From Myxococcota bacterium (GTDB lineage Bacteria; Myxococcota_A; UBA796; CAJQPC01): a stretch of DNA of 64,000 nt. The stretch lies in contig DASCPX010000014.1 in assembly GCA_036012755.1 (NCBI GenBank), positions 32,001 to 96,000 of the forward strand, written 5' to 3'. Below are positions 9,911 to 18,692 of the stretch, piece by piece. Within the stretch, counting starts at the first letter, position 1, and each line of letters opens with the position of its first letter. Made by a program: the position numbers and the translations under genes. Below the pieces are notes generated by a model. It was not told the origin of the DNA, made no database searches, and worked only from the letters and a program-made list of their open reading frames with translations.

Positions 9911-10462
9911 ATGAATCGACGGGAAGTGATGCTCGGCACCCTGGCCATCGGCCTGTGGCCATCCACAGCGCTGGCGCGCGACAAGACCCCGAAGCTGTCC
10001 ATCGAGGTGGTCGCGAACGTGACGCATCGCCGAAAGCCCGTGGAACGCAAGCGGGTCGTGCTCCGGTTCGTCATCTACACATCCATGATGGACCGGAACC
10101 CGACCTGGGAGGACACCCAGACCCTCAACATCGTGGAGGGGCGACTCGAGACCACCCTCTCGAAGGGGCTCGGCACCATCGAGGACAACGGCTTCCCGGA
10201 GAAGATCTTCCTGGGCATCTTCGTGAAGGAGATGGGTCCGGAGGTCGTCGACGTGCGGCTCTCCCCGCTGGTCGAACTCGACTGGGTAGGCAGCGGGACC
10301 GCGCCCTGCCTCGAGCAGAACGAATCCCTGGCGCAGGGTGACCTCGACCTCGGCGGAAGCTGTACGATGACAGGCGAAGGCGCTGTCGCCTTCTACGTCA
10401 CAACGCTCCAACGCGTGCCCACAGAGGCAGAATGGGCCGCGGAGCTCGAAGCGAAAGGCTGA
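9911..10462 (+). CDS. Hypothetical exported protein with twin-arginine-like signal peptide
   Basis: N-terminus MNRREVMLGTLAIGLWPSTALA. Confidence 0.72.
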   Translation: MNRREVMLGTLAIGLWPSTALARDKTPKLSIEVVANVTHRRKPVERKRVVLRFVIYTSMMDRNPTWEDTQTLNIVEGRLETTLSKGLGTIEDNGFPEKIFLGIFVKEMGPEVVDVRLSPLVELDWVGSGTAPCLEQNESLAQGDLDLGGSCTMTGEGAVAFYVTTLQRVPTEAEWAAELEAKG

Positions 10463-10465
10463 GCC

Positions 10466-10590
10466 ATGAACATGGACTTCAAGAAGATCGCCGCCGTCGT
10501 CTTCCTCCTGGGCATCGGCTACGCCTAGTACAGCGGCGCGCTCGACGGCTTCCTCGATGGCTTCGGGGACGTGCTCGGGGGCGCCGAGCG
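10466..10590 (+). pseudogene. Small membrane-protein ORF interrupted by in-frame TAG (10526-10528)
   Basis: MNMDFKKIAAVVFLLGIGYA*YSGALDGFLDGFGDVLGGAE; codon usage stays GC3-rich across the stop. The 3' end is approximate. Confidence 0.4.
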
Positions 10591-10937
10591 CCGCTGTGCG
10601 CTTCGGCCCCCTGTCCGCGGACATCGACCTCGACGACGCCGTGGCCTGGGCCGGAGCGGATGCAGACGCTGCGGCGGGCAACTCCCTGGCCTCTCCTGGA
10701 GACCTCAGCGGGGACGACATCGGCGCGGTCCACCTCTTCTACGGGCCCCTGAGCTCGCTGTCGTCACCTGATCTCATCCTGCGCGGCGCCGGGGCCAACC
10801 ACGCCGCCGGGAGCGCGCTGGCCGGTGTCGACGTCAGCGCCGATGGTGTGGACGACCTCCTCGTGGGGGCGCCCGGAGCGAGCTCGCTGCAGGAGAACGG
10901 AGGCGCGGTCTACGTCTGGCTCGGCATGGGCTTGTAG
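10557..10937 (+). pseudogene. C-terminal fragment of an FG-GAP repeat protein
   Basis: AGNSLASPGDLSGD, GAVHLFYGP, DVSADGVDDLLVGAPG, GAVYVWLG; no signal peptide or credible start. Confidence 0.55.
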
Positions 10938-11012
10938 GGCAGGCAGGCTTCGGCAAGGTTGCCGGCGAGGCGCGGGCACCGTGGAAGCACACCCCACTTC
11001 ACGGAGTTCCCA

Positions 11013-11989
11013 ATGCTGCTCATCAGCCTCTTCGCCTGCACCCAGACCGAGACTCCCACCGACAACGCCACCGAGCCGACGCCGGCCAAGGACGAGATCG
11101 TCGAGTTCGGTCCCGGGACCGGCAGCTTCAGCGCCGAGACCGCCTCCACAGAGGCCCTCGTCGCCCTGGGCTCGACCATGGCGGACATGATGGAAGACGA
11201 GGGCGTCCGTCGCTTCTTCGAGGACGGGGGGGTACCACCTCGTCGCGCCTCCTCCGAGCGAGGAGCGCTGCGTCACCGCCAGCTTCGACAGCGGCGACAT
11301 CGTGCTCGACTACGACGCCTGCGAGGACGCCGCCGGTCAGCTCACGCTCTCGTGGGAAGGCGAGGGCACGGTCACGGGCACGTGGTCAGAGGACTTCCAG
11401 GTCGGGGACCAGGCACTCTCCGGCACCCTCGCGATCCAGCTGTATGACGGCGCCGTCCGCCTGGAGCGTCGACGGCATCGTCGCCAGCGGTCCCAACGAG
11501 GCCCTCGAGGCCGACTTCGACTGGAGCCTGGCTGTCGACAGCACAGGCCTGACGATCGACGGCAGCTGGTCGAGCGAGGTCGTCCAGACCGATGGCGCCC
11601 CCTACGCCAACGAGCTCGACATCGTCGGACTCACCTGGAGCTTCACCGACCCGTGCCGCTGCCCCACCGCCGGCGACATCAGCCAGGTCCTCGTCGCCAC
11701 GCTGGAGACCGTGACCATCGACTGGGACGACTTCATCAACCTGGGCGACGGCAGCGACGACTTCGAGCCCCAGGAGATCGACATCGAGGACGTCGACGTC
11801 ACCGTGGAGAGCCTCGTGAGCTTCTCCAGCTGCAGCGCCACCGTGACCGTGGACGCCGACGACGTCGAGATAGTGCTGCCCAAGGAGGAGACCGGGCTGC
11901 CGATCGACCTGACCGTCACCCTCCCCGCCTCCGCCACCGCCGACGCTCTCGAGGCGGTGCTGCAGGCCGCTCTCGACGGGATGTGCTAG
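11013..11989 (+). CDS. Acidic beta-rich putative lipoprotein split by two +1 frameshifts (G7 at 11226-11232 and about 11455-11458)
   Basis: GGAG then MLLISLFAC. Coherent protein continues through three frames: ...FFEDG / GYHLVAPPPSEERCVTASFDSGDIVLDYDAC...QLYDGAV / AWSVDGIVASG...ALDGMC*. Confidence 0.65.
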
Positions 11990-12075
11990 CCGGCACGCCC
12001 CGCTCTCGCGGCGGGTCGGGCTCACAGTCGGCCATGGGATACTCGATTCTCATGGCCGACTTCGAGATCTGAGCC

Positions 12076-13812
12076 TTGATCTGGCAGCTGATCACCGTGG
12101 GCCTCGCCATCGGCGGGGCCGTTGCCTGGAGGCGGCTGCGGCACGTGCGCTTGCCCGGCCCGACCTGGGCCTGGGAGGTTGGATCCGTCGCGGCTGCGGT
12201 CCTGTTGGCGGCGGTTCCGCTGATACTGGCGTGGCTGTCGCTCGCCCCGACGCGGGCTCCGATGGGCCCGGATTCGAGCAACTACCTGGGCTGCGCGCTG
12301 GCCTTCGAGACCGGCCGCTGGGAGCTCTACTTCGACGACCGCTACCCGGCCTACCCCTACCTGGTGGCGCTGTTCGCGCGGGGTGGCCCCTCTGTCCCCA
12401 CCACGGGAACCGCCCTGAGCATGGCGCTGACCGCCCTCACGGCGCTGCCGCTCTACGTGGTGGGCCGCCTGCTCGCGGGACGGGTGGCCGGAATCGGCGG
12501 CGCGGTGCTGGGACTGCGCCAGGCCGTCGTGCTGGACGCGGGCCGCACCTTCACCCACTACCCGCTCTCGGGCCTGCTCGATGCGGGTCTGCTCGCGGCG
12601 GGCATCGGGCTGGCCCGCACGGGCTCGCCCTGGTGCGCTTGGGGCCTGGCCAGCCTGGCTGGGATGGCCATCGCGGCGGACCCCAAGCAGCTGCCCCTCG
12701 CCATGGCCACCCTGTTGGTCGCAGTCGGCTTCGGCCTCGTTCGGCCTCGCCCGTACTGGCAGCGTGCCCAGCTCGTCCTCGCGGCGCTGCTGCCGTTGCC
12801 GGTCACCCACTGGCTGGTCGGACGCTACCGACTCGGGCTGTTGAGCCTGGAAGGCATCGCGGTGCGAACGCCCATGAACTTCGTAGAAGACCTGAGCCCG
12901 CACATGGAGGAGGGCTTCGCCCTGGGAGAGCCCGGAGCGCTCGGCGAGCTGGTGTCCAGCTACTCGCGCGTGCTGGGTGCCGTAGCTCCAAAGGGGGATG
13001 GCCTGGACCCCTCCTTCTTGAACGCGCTGCCCATGCACTTCCCCTCCACCAGCCCGCTCTGGGCCCTGCTCCTGCTCCTGCTGCCCGCCGCCCTCCTCTG
13101 GCGCCGCGAGGTCTGGCGCGTGGGAGCGCTGCTGCTCGTGCTGCTCCAGGTGGCCGCGGCCTCCTCTGTCATGCGCTTGCACTATGCGCATCGCTATGCG
13201 CTCCCTCACCTCGAGCAGGTGCCGGTCGTCGCGCTCGCAGGGGTCTCGCTGGCGGCCGGACCACTGGCGGCGGCAGGCCTCGCCGCCGGTTGGCTGCTGC
13301 CAGGCGCGCCGATGAGCGACCTCGACAACAGCTACCAGTCCAGACAGGCGCAGCACACCGACAACTGGGTGGGGCGCGAGGTCCCAGCCGAGCTGTACGC
13401 CGTGCAGTGGACCGACAAGTACCTGGAGGCCGACGCCGTCATCTACGACATGAGCGGGCAACGGCCCATGCCCATCCTGGCGGCGAGCCGCGAGTACGTC
13501 CGCTGCACCGCCACCCACGACACCTGCGGCCAGGCGATGAGCACCGCCACCACTCCGATCGTCGCGCTCGTCTGGGCCGACGACTTCATCAGCGGTCAGC
13601 TGCCCTCCGGCCCGCGGGAGACCATCACGATGGATACCGGCCACATGCCAACCACGCTGGGAGACTGCTGGAGCCTCCTCACCCATCCGCAGCCAGGGTC
13701 GGGCCTGTACTCCTGGACCTGCACGGAGCGTCCTGACCCATGGCCCGATGTGCGGCACGCGCCCAGGGCTCCCTCGTGGAAGGGTGCTGGAGAGTCCGAG
13801 GGCCGGCCCTAG
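12076..13812 (+). CDS. Polytopic membrane protein, GT-C (ArnT/PMT, family 39-like) glycosyltransferase
   Basis: Many TM segments, early loop GPDSSNY, YPAYPYLVAL, ADPKQ, HRYALP, periplasmic C-terminal domain; start (TTG) uncertain. Confidence 0.6.
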   Translation: MIWQLITVGLAIGGAVAWRRLRHVRLPGPTWAWEVGSVAAAVLLAAVPLILAWLSLAPTRAPMGPDSSNYLGCALAFETGRWELYFDDRYPAYPYLVALFARGGPSVPTTGTALSMALTALTALPLYVVGRLLAGRVAGIGGAVLGLRQAVVLDAGRTFTHYPLSGLLDAGLLAAGIGLARTGSPWCAWGLASLAGMAIAADPKQLPLAMATLLVAVGFGLVRPRPYWQRAQLVLAALLPLPVTHWLVGRYRLGLLSLEGIAVRTPMNFVEDLSPHMEEGFALGEPGALGELVSSYSRVLGAVAPKGDGLDPSFLNALPMHFPSTSPLWALLLLLLPAALLWRREVWRVGALLLVLLQVAAASSVMRLHYAHRYALPHLEQVPVVALAGVSLAAGPLAAAGLAAGWLLPGAPMSDLDNSYQSRQAQHTDNWVGREVPAELYAVQWTDKYLEADAVIYDMSGQRPMPILAASREYVRCTATHDTCGQAMSTATTPIVALVWADDFISGQLPSGPRETITMDTGHMPTTLGDCWSLLTHPQPGSGLYSWTCTERPDPWPDVRHAPRAPSWKGAGESEGRP

Positions 13813-14990
13813 GGACCAGCGCTCTTGTGGGTGATCGTCACCCCGGCGACCTCGCCCAGCCGCGCTGCGATGGACACCTTGTCTTGCGGCGCGGCGCTGG
13901 CGATCAGGTGGCGGGCCGCGGCGCGGGCCTCCCGACCGAGGTCCTCTGCGGAGGTCAGGCGCCCCTCTTCCTTGAGCGCTGCCGAGGCGTCCCAGACACT
14001 TCGGACCGCTTCCGGGGCATCGAGCATGCCGCCATCGAGCAGCGGAATCAGGCGTCGAGCTGCGACCTCGACGACCTCGACGTCCGCCAGCTGGAGCGCC
14101 GCGGCGAGCTCGATGGCCGCGGCGTCGTGGGCGACGACACCCTTGGCGCCGGCGAGGCGGGCGATGGCCTGCTGGGCGAGCTTGGGCTCCTCCTGCGCGA
14201 TGAAGGCGCGAGCCTCGGCGACGGTCAGCATGTCCAGCGCCAGCGGCGGGAGGTGGGCACCCCAGGCCCTCCGCAGCTCTCGAACCGTGTGGAGAGCGGC
14301 CAGCGAGCGCCCCTCCACCCGGTGGCGCTCCGCGGTGACATAGCCGTGCAGGGCTTCGAGCTGCGTCTCGGCCATCAGCATGACCTCGTCGGGTCGCCAG
14401 TCGTCGTCGTCGAGGCCAACGACGATGTCCATCCACCGCAGCGTCAGGCGACACCAGGTCACGCCCAGGGGACTGCCGACGCGGCTCTCGAAGCGCAGGA
14501 CCCGCTCGACCTGGGCCCGGGCCGTGAAGACGTGGCCCGTGGTCGCGGGCCGGAAGAGATCGGCGAGGAGCTGCCAGCCGTCCGTCGCGTAGCCGCCAAC
14601 CCGGACCGGGACGAGGTTCCAGGCGATGACCGCGAGGTTGAACCAGAAGACGTTCTCGAGGACGGGGAAGAAGCCAGCCAGCGGCCAGAGGAGCAGCGCG
14701 AGGAGCCCCTGGAAGATGAGCCCGCCCGAGTGGTAGAGCCAGCGCCGGGCGGGGACGGGTTCCACCGGAATCGCCACGCACAGTCCGCCGCTGACGAGCC
14801 AGCGGCCCAGGTAGACGATGGTCCCGGAGCGCAGGCGCCAGCGCAACAGCGGCTTGCCATGCCCGACGCCGAAGCTGGTGACGCGGTAGCCCGCGGGTCC
14901 AGCTGCGAGCGCATGTCCTAGCTCGTGCAGCACCGCGATGAGCGGCACCGCTGCAAGCCACCAGAGCGAGTCGGGAGCCACGGGCAACAC
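13809..14990 (-). CDS. Site-2 protease (peptidase M50) family protein with helical C-terminal domain
   Basis: LHELGH, FGVGHGKPL, GGLC, NLVPVRVGGYATDG; start placed at GTG 14990. Confidence 0.8.
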   Translation of the reverse strand: MLPVAPDSLWWLAAVPLIAVLHELGHALAAGPAGYRVTSFGVGHGKPLLRWRLRSGTIVYLGRWLVSGGLCVAIPVEPVPARRWLYHSGGLIFQGLLALLLWPLAGFFPVLENVFWFNLAVIAWNLVPVRVGGYATDGWQLLADLFRPATTGHVFTARAQVERVLRFESRVGSPLGVTWCRLTLRWMDIVVGLDDDDWRPDEVMLMAETQLEALHGYVTAERHRVEGRSLAALHTVRELRRAWGAHLPPLALDMLTVAEARAFIAQEEPKLAQQAIARLAGAKGVVAHDAAAIELAAALQLADVEVVEVAARRLIPLLDGGMLDAPEAVRSVWDASAALKEEGRLTSAEDLGREARAAARHLIASAAPQDKVSIAARLGEVAGVTITHKSAGP

Positions 14991-14997
14991 GACACCC

Positions 14998-15003
14998 AGG
15001 ATA
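14998..15003 (-). promoter_or_regulatory. Putative -10 hexamer TATCCT, 7 nt before GTG 14990
   Basis: Recurrent motif. Confidence 0.4.
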
Positions 15004-15052
15004 GCCCCGGGTTCCAGACCACCGACAGGATTGACGCGGGTTAGACGGGGAC

Positions 15053-15244
15053 ATGAGCTGGCCCATCGGAAAGACCTGGCACATCGGTGCCCGAGGGATC
15101 GTCGTGGCCGAGGCGCGGGCCTACGCCGCCGCCACCGGGGACGACAACCCGGCCTACGAGGAGGGCATCGCACCGCCGATGCTGCACGTGCGGCTGATGC
15201 GGCCCTTGTTGTGGGGCATCGCCCGCGTGGCCTTCCGAGCATGA
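15053..15244 (+). pseudogene. Truncated MaoC/hotdog dehydratase N-terminal fragment (63 aa)
   Basis: ARAYAAATGDDNPAY...APPMLHV resembles the MaoC-family N-terminus; it ends in an ATGA overlap with the next gene. Confidence 0.5.
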
Positions 15245-16467
15245 GGGACCCGCGCTGCCTCGGCCCCAGCGAGCTGGAGGCCGAACTCAGGACGCTGATC
15301 GGCGAGGACCTGCCTGCCGAGTTGAGTGAGCGAAGGGAAGCGGTAGAGGCCCTTGGTCGCCGCGCCGATCCCTGGCTCCTGGCGCTGCGCGAGCTGGAGG
15401 CGATCACCGACGGGCTCCCGAGCGATCTCGGGGGCGTGCGGCGAGGGCGCTTCTGGGCCCAGGACCCGGTGAGCGTGACCTTCGAGGGTTGGGACGGTCA
15501 CGGGCGCGTCGCGCTGCGGGTCCTGCGCCCCTCCGTCAAGGACGACCCCGTGTGGCGTCGCCGCCTGGAGCGCGCCGCCAGGACCCAGCCCGGGCCCGAG
15601 ATCCTGGCTCCGGAGCGCTATGTCGACGAGGTCTGGCCCCACCTCGTCGTGCCCCTGCCGGGGACCTCGCTGGCGGACCTGTTGCCGGTCGAAGACCCGC
15701 CGGATCCGCGCATCGTCGCCCGCTACGTCGGAGGGGGGCTGGCCGGACTCCGGCGCCTGCACGCGGGAGGGCTCGTGCACGGCGGACTCACACCCGCTCA
15801 TCTCGTCCAGACCTGCGATGGCGTCAAGCTCGCCTGGCTCGACCCGGTGCTCCCCCGCCCGCGAGACGCTTGCGAGGACCTCGCCGATCTCGGCCGCGCC
15901 ATCGCCGAGCTCGACCCGGAGAACATCGACCCCGTCGCCTCCCTCGCCCGTGGCCTGGCCGAGGGCCCAACCCCGACCGCCGAGATGGCCGAGGAGCTCC
16001 TCGTCCGCACCCTCGGCTCCGTGCTCGCCGACCGGCGCCATCGCCTCGCCATGCGCAGACGAATCGTCGCTCGTCGTGGCGACGAGGCCCGTCTGTTGAG
16101 CCTGGCTCGGCGTCTCCAGACCGCCACGCAGCCACCCAGCGGCAAGTTCTGCCTCCGCGCCGGCCACGACTCGGTCCTGGTGGTCGCGGAGAGCGACGGG
16201 TCGACGGTCAAGGGCGGCCCGGTCGCCAACATCGACGCCCGCTTCATGCCCACCGTCTGGAGCGCGGATCGAGGACTGGACGCCGTCGCCGCCCGGGCCC
16301 TGATGCGCGGCTGGGCGACCCGCACGCGAGGCGACGAGGAGCGCCGCAGCGCGCTCATGGTGGAGCTCACGGGGACGGACGCCCGAGCGGACGTGCTCTG
16401 CAGGTGGCTCTCCTGCCAGGCTCGCCTGAGGGCGGTGAGGATGCTGCTCGAGCTGGGTGGGCGCTGA
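15241..16467 (+). CDS. Protein with degenerate Ser/Thr kinase-like (pseudokinase) domain
   Basis: VALRVLRP, DDPVWRRRLERAAR, GTSLADLL, GLRRLHAGGLVHGGLTPAHL, VKLAWLD and DLADLG follow kinase subdomain order with the catalytic residues replaced. Confidence 0.7.
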   Translation: MRDPRCLGPSELEAELRTLIGEDLPAELSERREAVEALGRRADPWLLALRELEAITDGLPSDLGGVRRGRFWAQDPVSVTFEGWDGHGRVALRVLRPSVKDDPVWRRRLERAARTQPGPEILAPERYVDEVWPHLVVPLPGTSLADLLPVEDPPDPRIVARYVGGGLAGLRRLHAGGLVHGGLTPAHLVQTCDGVKLAWLDPVLPRPRDACEDLADLGRAIAELDPENIDPVASLARGLAEGPTPTAEMAEELLVRTLGSVLADRRHRLAMRRRIVARRGDEARLLSLARRLQTATQPPSGKFCLRAGHDSVLVVAESDGSTVKGGPVANIDARFMPTVWSADRGLDAVAARALMRGWATRTRGDEERRSALMVELTGTDARADVLCRWLSCQARLRAVRMLLELGGR

Positions 16468-16482
16468 AGCGCCTCGACCTCG

Positions 16483-18684
16483 CTACGCGTCGACCAAGGG
16501 CAGACTCAGGCCGAGGTCCTCGAGCCGCAGGATTCGGTCCGTATCGAGCCAGATGTCCCCGCGCACCACGTACTGCAGCCCCCACGACAGTGGGCCCGAG
16601 CGCTTCTCCGGGTGACGGGCGAGGTCTTCGAGCAGCTCGACGTCGCCCGGCTGCGAGCAGCCCGCGAGCACCCGCGCGAGCGCAGCCCAGAGGGGCTCGT
16701 CGGTGTCGTCTGGCGCCAGCTCTCCCTGGCCCAGCCGCGCCCGGCAGGCGGAGCGGATCAAGCTCACGACGCCGCCAGCGAAGGAGGGGGTGCGCGTGTC
16801 GGCCAGCAGCTCGATGACCGCGTCGCCATCCAGCGGGTCCGGAGCTCGCGGGTCGGTCAGGGCCAGCCGGTGGGCCCAGTGCTCGGCGGGCCGGTAGGTG
16901 CCGTGGTCGTCGACGAAGCCCGTCCACTCGGACAACAACCCCTCCCACCAGAGCTGATCTCGGCAGACCAGGGGCGGGCGAGCGGCGGCCAGAGTCGCCT
17001 CGTCGGCACCGAGCGAGGCCAGTCGCTGCAACCACCGGGACCACGCCACCCGCCGCGAGGGCCAGGCCTGCAGCAGGGACACCTCCCAGAGCACGCCGGG
17101 CCAAAGCGGCGAGCCCCCAGCGAGTACGCGCCCGAGGGCGACGCTCTCCGGGCGGCTGCAGTCCCCCCGCACCGCAGCCAGGAGGTGGCGGGCGCGCGGG
17201 GTGATCGGATCCGGCAGCTCCACCCCGAGGTCCGCGTCCAGGACGACCTCTGAGACTCGGAGCCAGGCATCCCAGCTGGTCGTCTCGACCCCATCGAGGA
17301 GGACCTCTGCCAGGCGGATCCGACGAGCCCGGGCGCTGGAAGACGCCCAGGACTGGGTGCACACGCCGATGCGTCGCGGCCAGCCCTCCACGAGGTCGCC
17401 TTGGAAGCTCCGGCACCAGCTCTCGAAGTCCTGCTCCCGGCCGAGTCCGTCCGAGTGGATCGCCCCGATCAAGCAGCTGTCCGCTTCCAGATCGCGGACC
17501 AGGCGGGCGGCGTCCGGCTCGGCGAGGACGGCAAGCCAGAGACGCAGGACCTCCCAGCTGCGGGGATCCCGAGCGAGCTCTCGGGCGGTCTCGCCTCTCT
17601 GGGGGCTTCCCACCGTCATCGAGAGATGGAGGGCGGCCAGGTACTCCCGCAGCGCCGGGTGAAGGAAGCGGAGCGCGCCCGGCCCGGTCCGCTCGAGGAG
17701 CCCGGCGTCACCGCAGAGCCACTCGACGAAGGCCCGGCGCTTGCGAGAGGTCCAGCTCGGGGGAAGCGCGCTCTCCGGATCGACGGTGTCAATCTGCTGC
17801 ATGCGCCAGGCGAATCCAGCGAGCGCCGCGAGCCGCTCGTCGAGGTCATCCTCTGTGGTGCGGGTGAGCAGGAGCGCGTCGATGCACTCTGCGTAGAGCC
17901 GGTGTCGACGCTCCGGGAGGGTCTCGTTGGGGATGAGCAGCAGCATCATCTGCAGCAGGAGCGGGCGGCGTGCCAAGGCCCGAGCGGGCTCGCTCGCCTC
18001 CAGAGAGGCCAAGAAGCGCGCCTTGGTCTCGGACCGCCGCCCAGCCTGGACGCAGACCGCCAGGAGGCGATCGACGAGCCCGTCCAGATCCCGATCGTCG
18101 AAGGGCTGGAGCTGCAACGCCTGGAAGCCCTGGGCCTCGCTCGGGAGACCGCGAGCGACCGGCCTGGTCGAGGCGACCACGTCGATTTGGGGCAAGGCCC
18201 GAACCAGGCCGACGAGCTGCGCGTTGATCTCGTTGCCAGACTCGCCCAGCTCGTCCCAGCCGTCGAGCAGGAGCATCGGTCGCGGGCCCTCCGCGGCGAC
18301 CCGCCGGAGCGGATCGGGGACCCCGACCAGCTCCGGGACGAGGCGCTGGAGCTCCTCTGTGATCCAGGCGTCGAGCGAGGGTCTAGCGCGCAGATCGCGC
18401 AGATCCAGCAGGATCGGCAGGCAGTCGTCCAGGCTGATGAGCTCGCCGAACAAGAGCTTCAACAGCGTGCTCTTGCCGCTGCCCGCCGGACCGACCACGA
18501 CGGTCTTCCGACCGGCCACGTCCCCAGCCCCGAGCACCTGCTCCCCGCCCCGCCGAGAGGTCACCCGCAGCGGCAGCGCCATCTCCGCGAGGGTCAGCGG
18601 CTGCTCGGCGCTCGGCAACAACAGCGGCGACGACCACAGGGCGTGGCGACCGGAGAGCCGAGCCCGCCAGGCAGCGACGAGCAT
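16483..18684 (-). CDS. NACHT (STAND) NTPase, about 733 aa
   Basis: Walker A GPAGSGKST, Walker B LLLDGWDE, VASTRP, LQPF, RPLLLQM, FLHPALREYLAA. Confidence 0.85.
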   Translation of the reverse strand: MLVAAWRARLSGRHALWSSPLLLPSAEQPLTLAEMALPLRVTSRRGGEQVLGAGDVAGRKTVVVGPAGSGKSTLLKLLFGELISLDDCLPILLDLRDLRARPSLDAWITEELQRLVPELVGVPDPLRRVAAEGPRPMLLLDGWDELGESGNEINAQLVGLVRALPQIDVVASTRPVARGLPSEAQGFQALQLQPFDDRDLDGLVDRLLAVCVQAGRRSETKARFLASLEASEPARALARRPLLLQMMLLLIPNETLPERRHRLYAECIDALLLTRTTEDDLDERLAALAGFAWRMQQIDTVDPESALPPSWTSRKRRAFVEWLCGDAGLLERTGPGALRFLHPALREYLAALHLSMTVGSPQRGETARELARDPRSWEVLRLWLAVLAEPDAARLVRDLEADSCLIGAIHSDGLGREQDFESWCRSFQGDLVEGWPRRIGVCTQSWASSSARARRIRLAEVLLDGVETTSWDAWLRVSEVVLDADLGVELPDPITPRARHLLAAVRGDCSRPESVALGRVLAGGSPLWPGVLWEVSLLQAWPSRRVAWSRWLQRLASLGADEATLAAARPPLVCRDQLWWEGLLSEWTGFVDDHGTYRPAEHWAHRLALTDPRAPDPLDGDAVIELLADTRTPSFAGGVVSLIRSACRARLGQGELAPDDTDEPLWAALARVLAGCSQPGDVELLEDLARHPEKRSGPLSWGLQYVVRGDIWLDTDRILRLEDLGLSLPLVDA

Positions 18685-18692
18685 CTCGAGGG

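Noticed and set aside
10526..10528. In-frame TAG as pyrrolysine or recoded stop
   Set aside because: TAG terminates many intact genes in this window, no pyl genes are present, and the region looks decayed.
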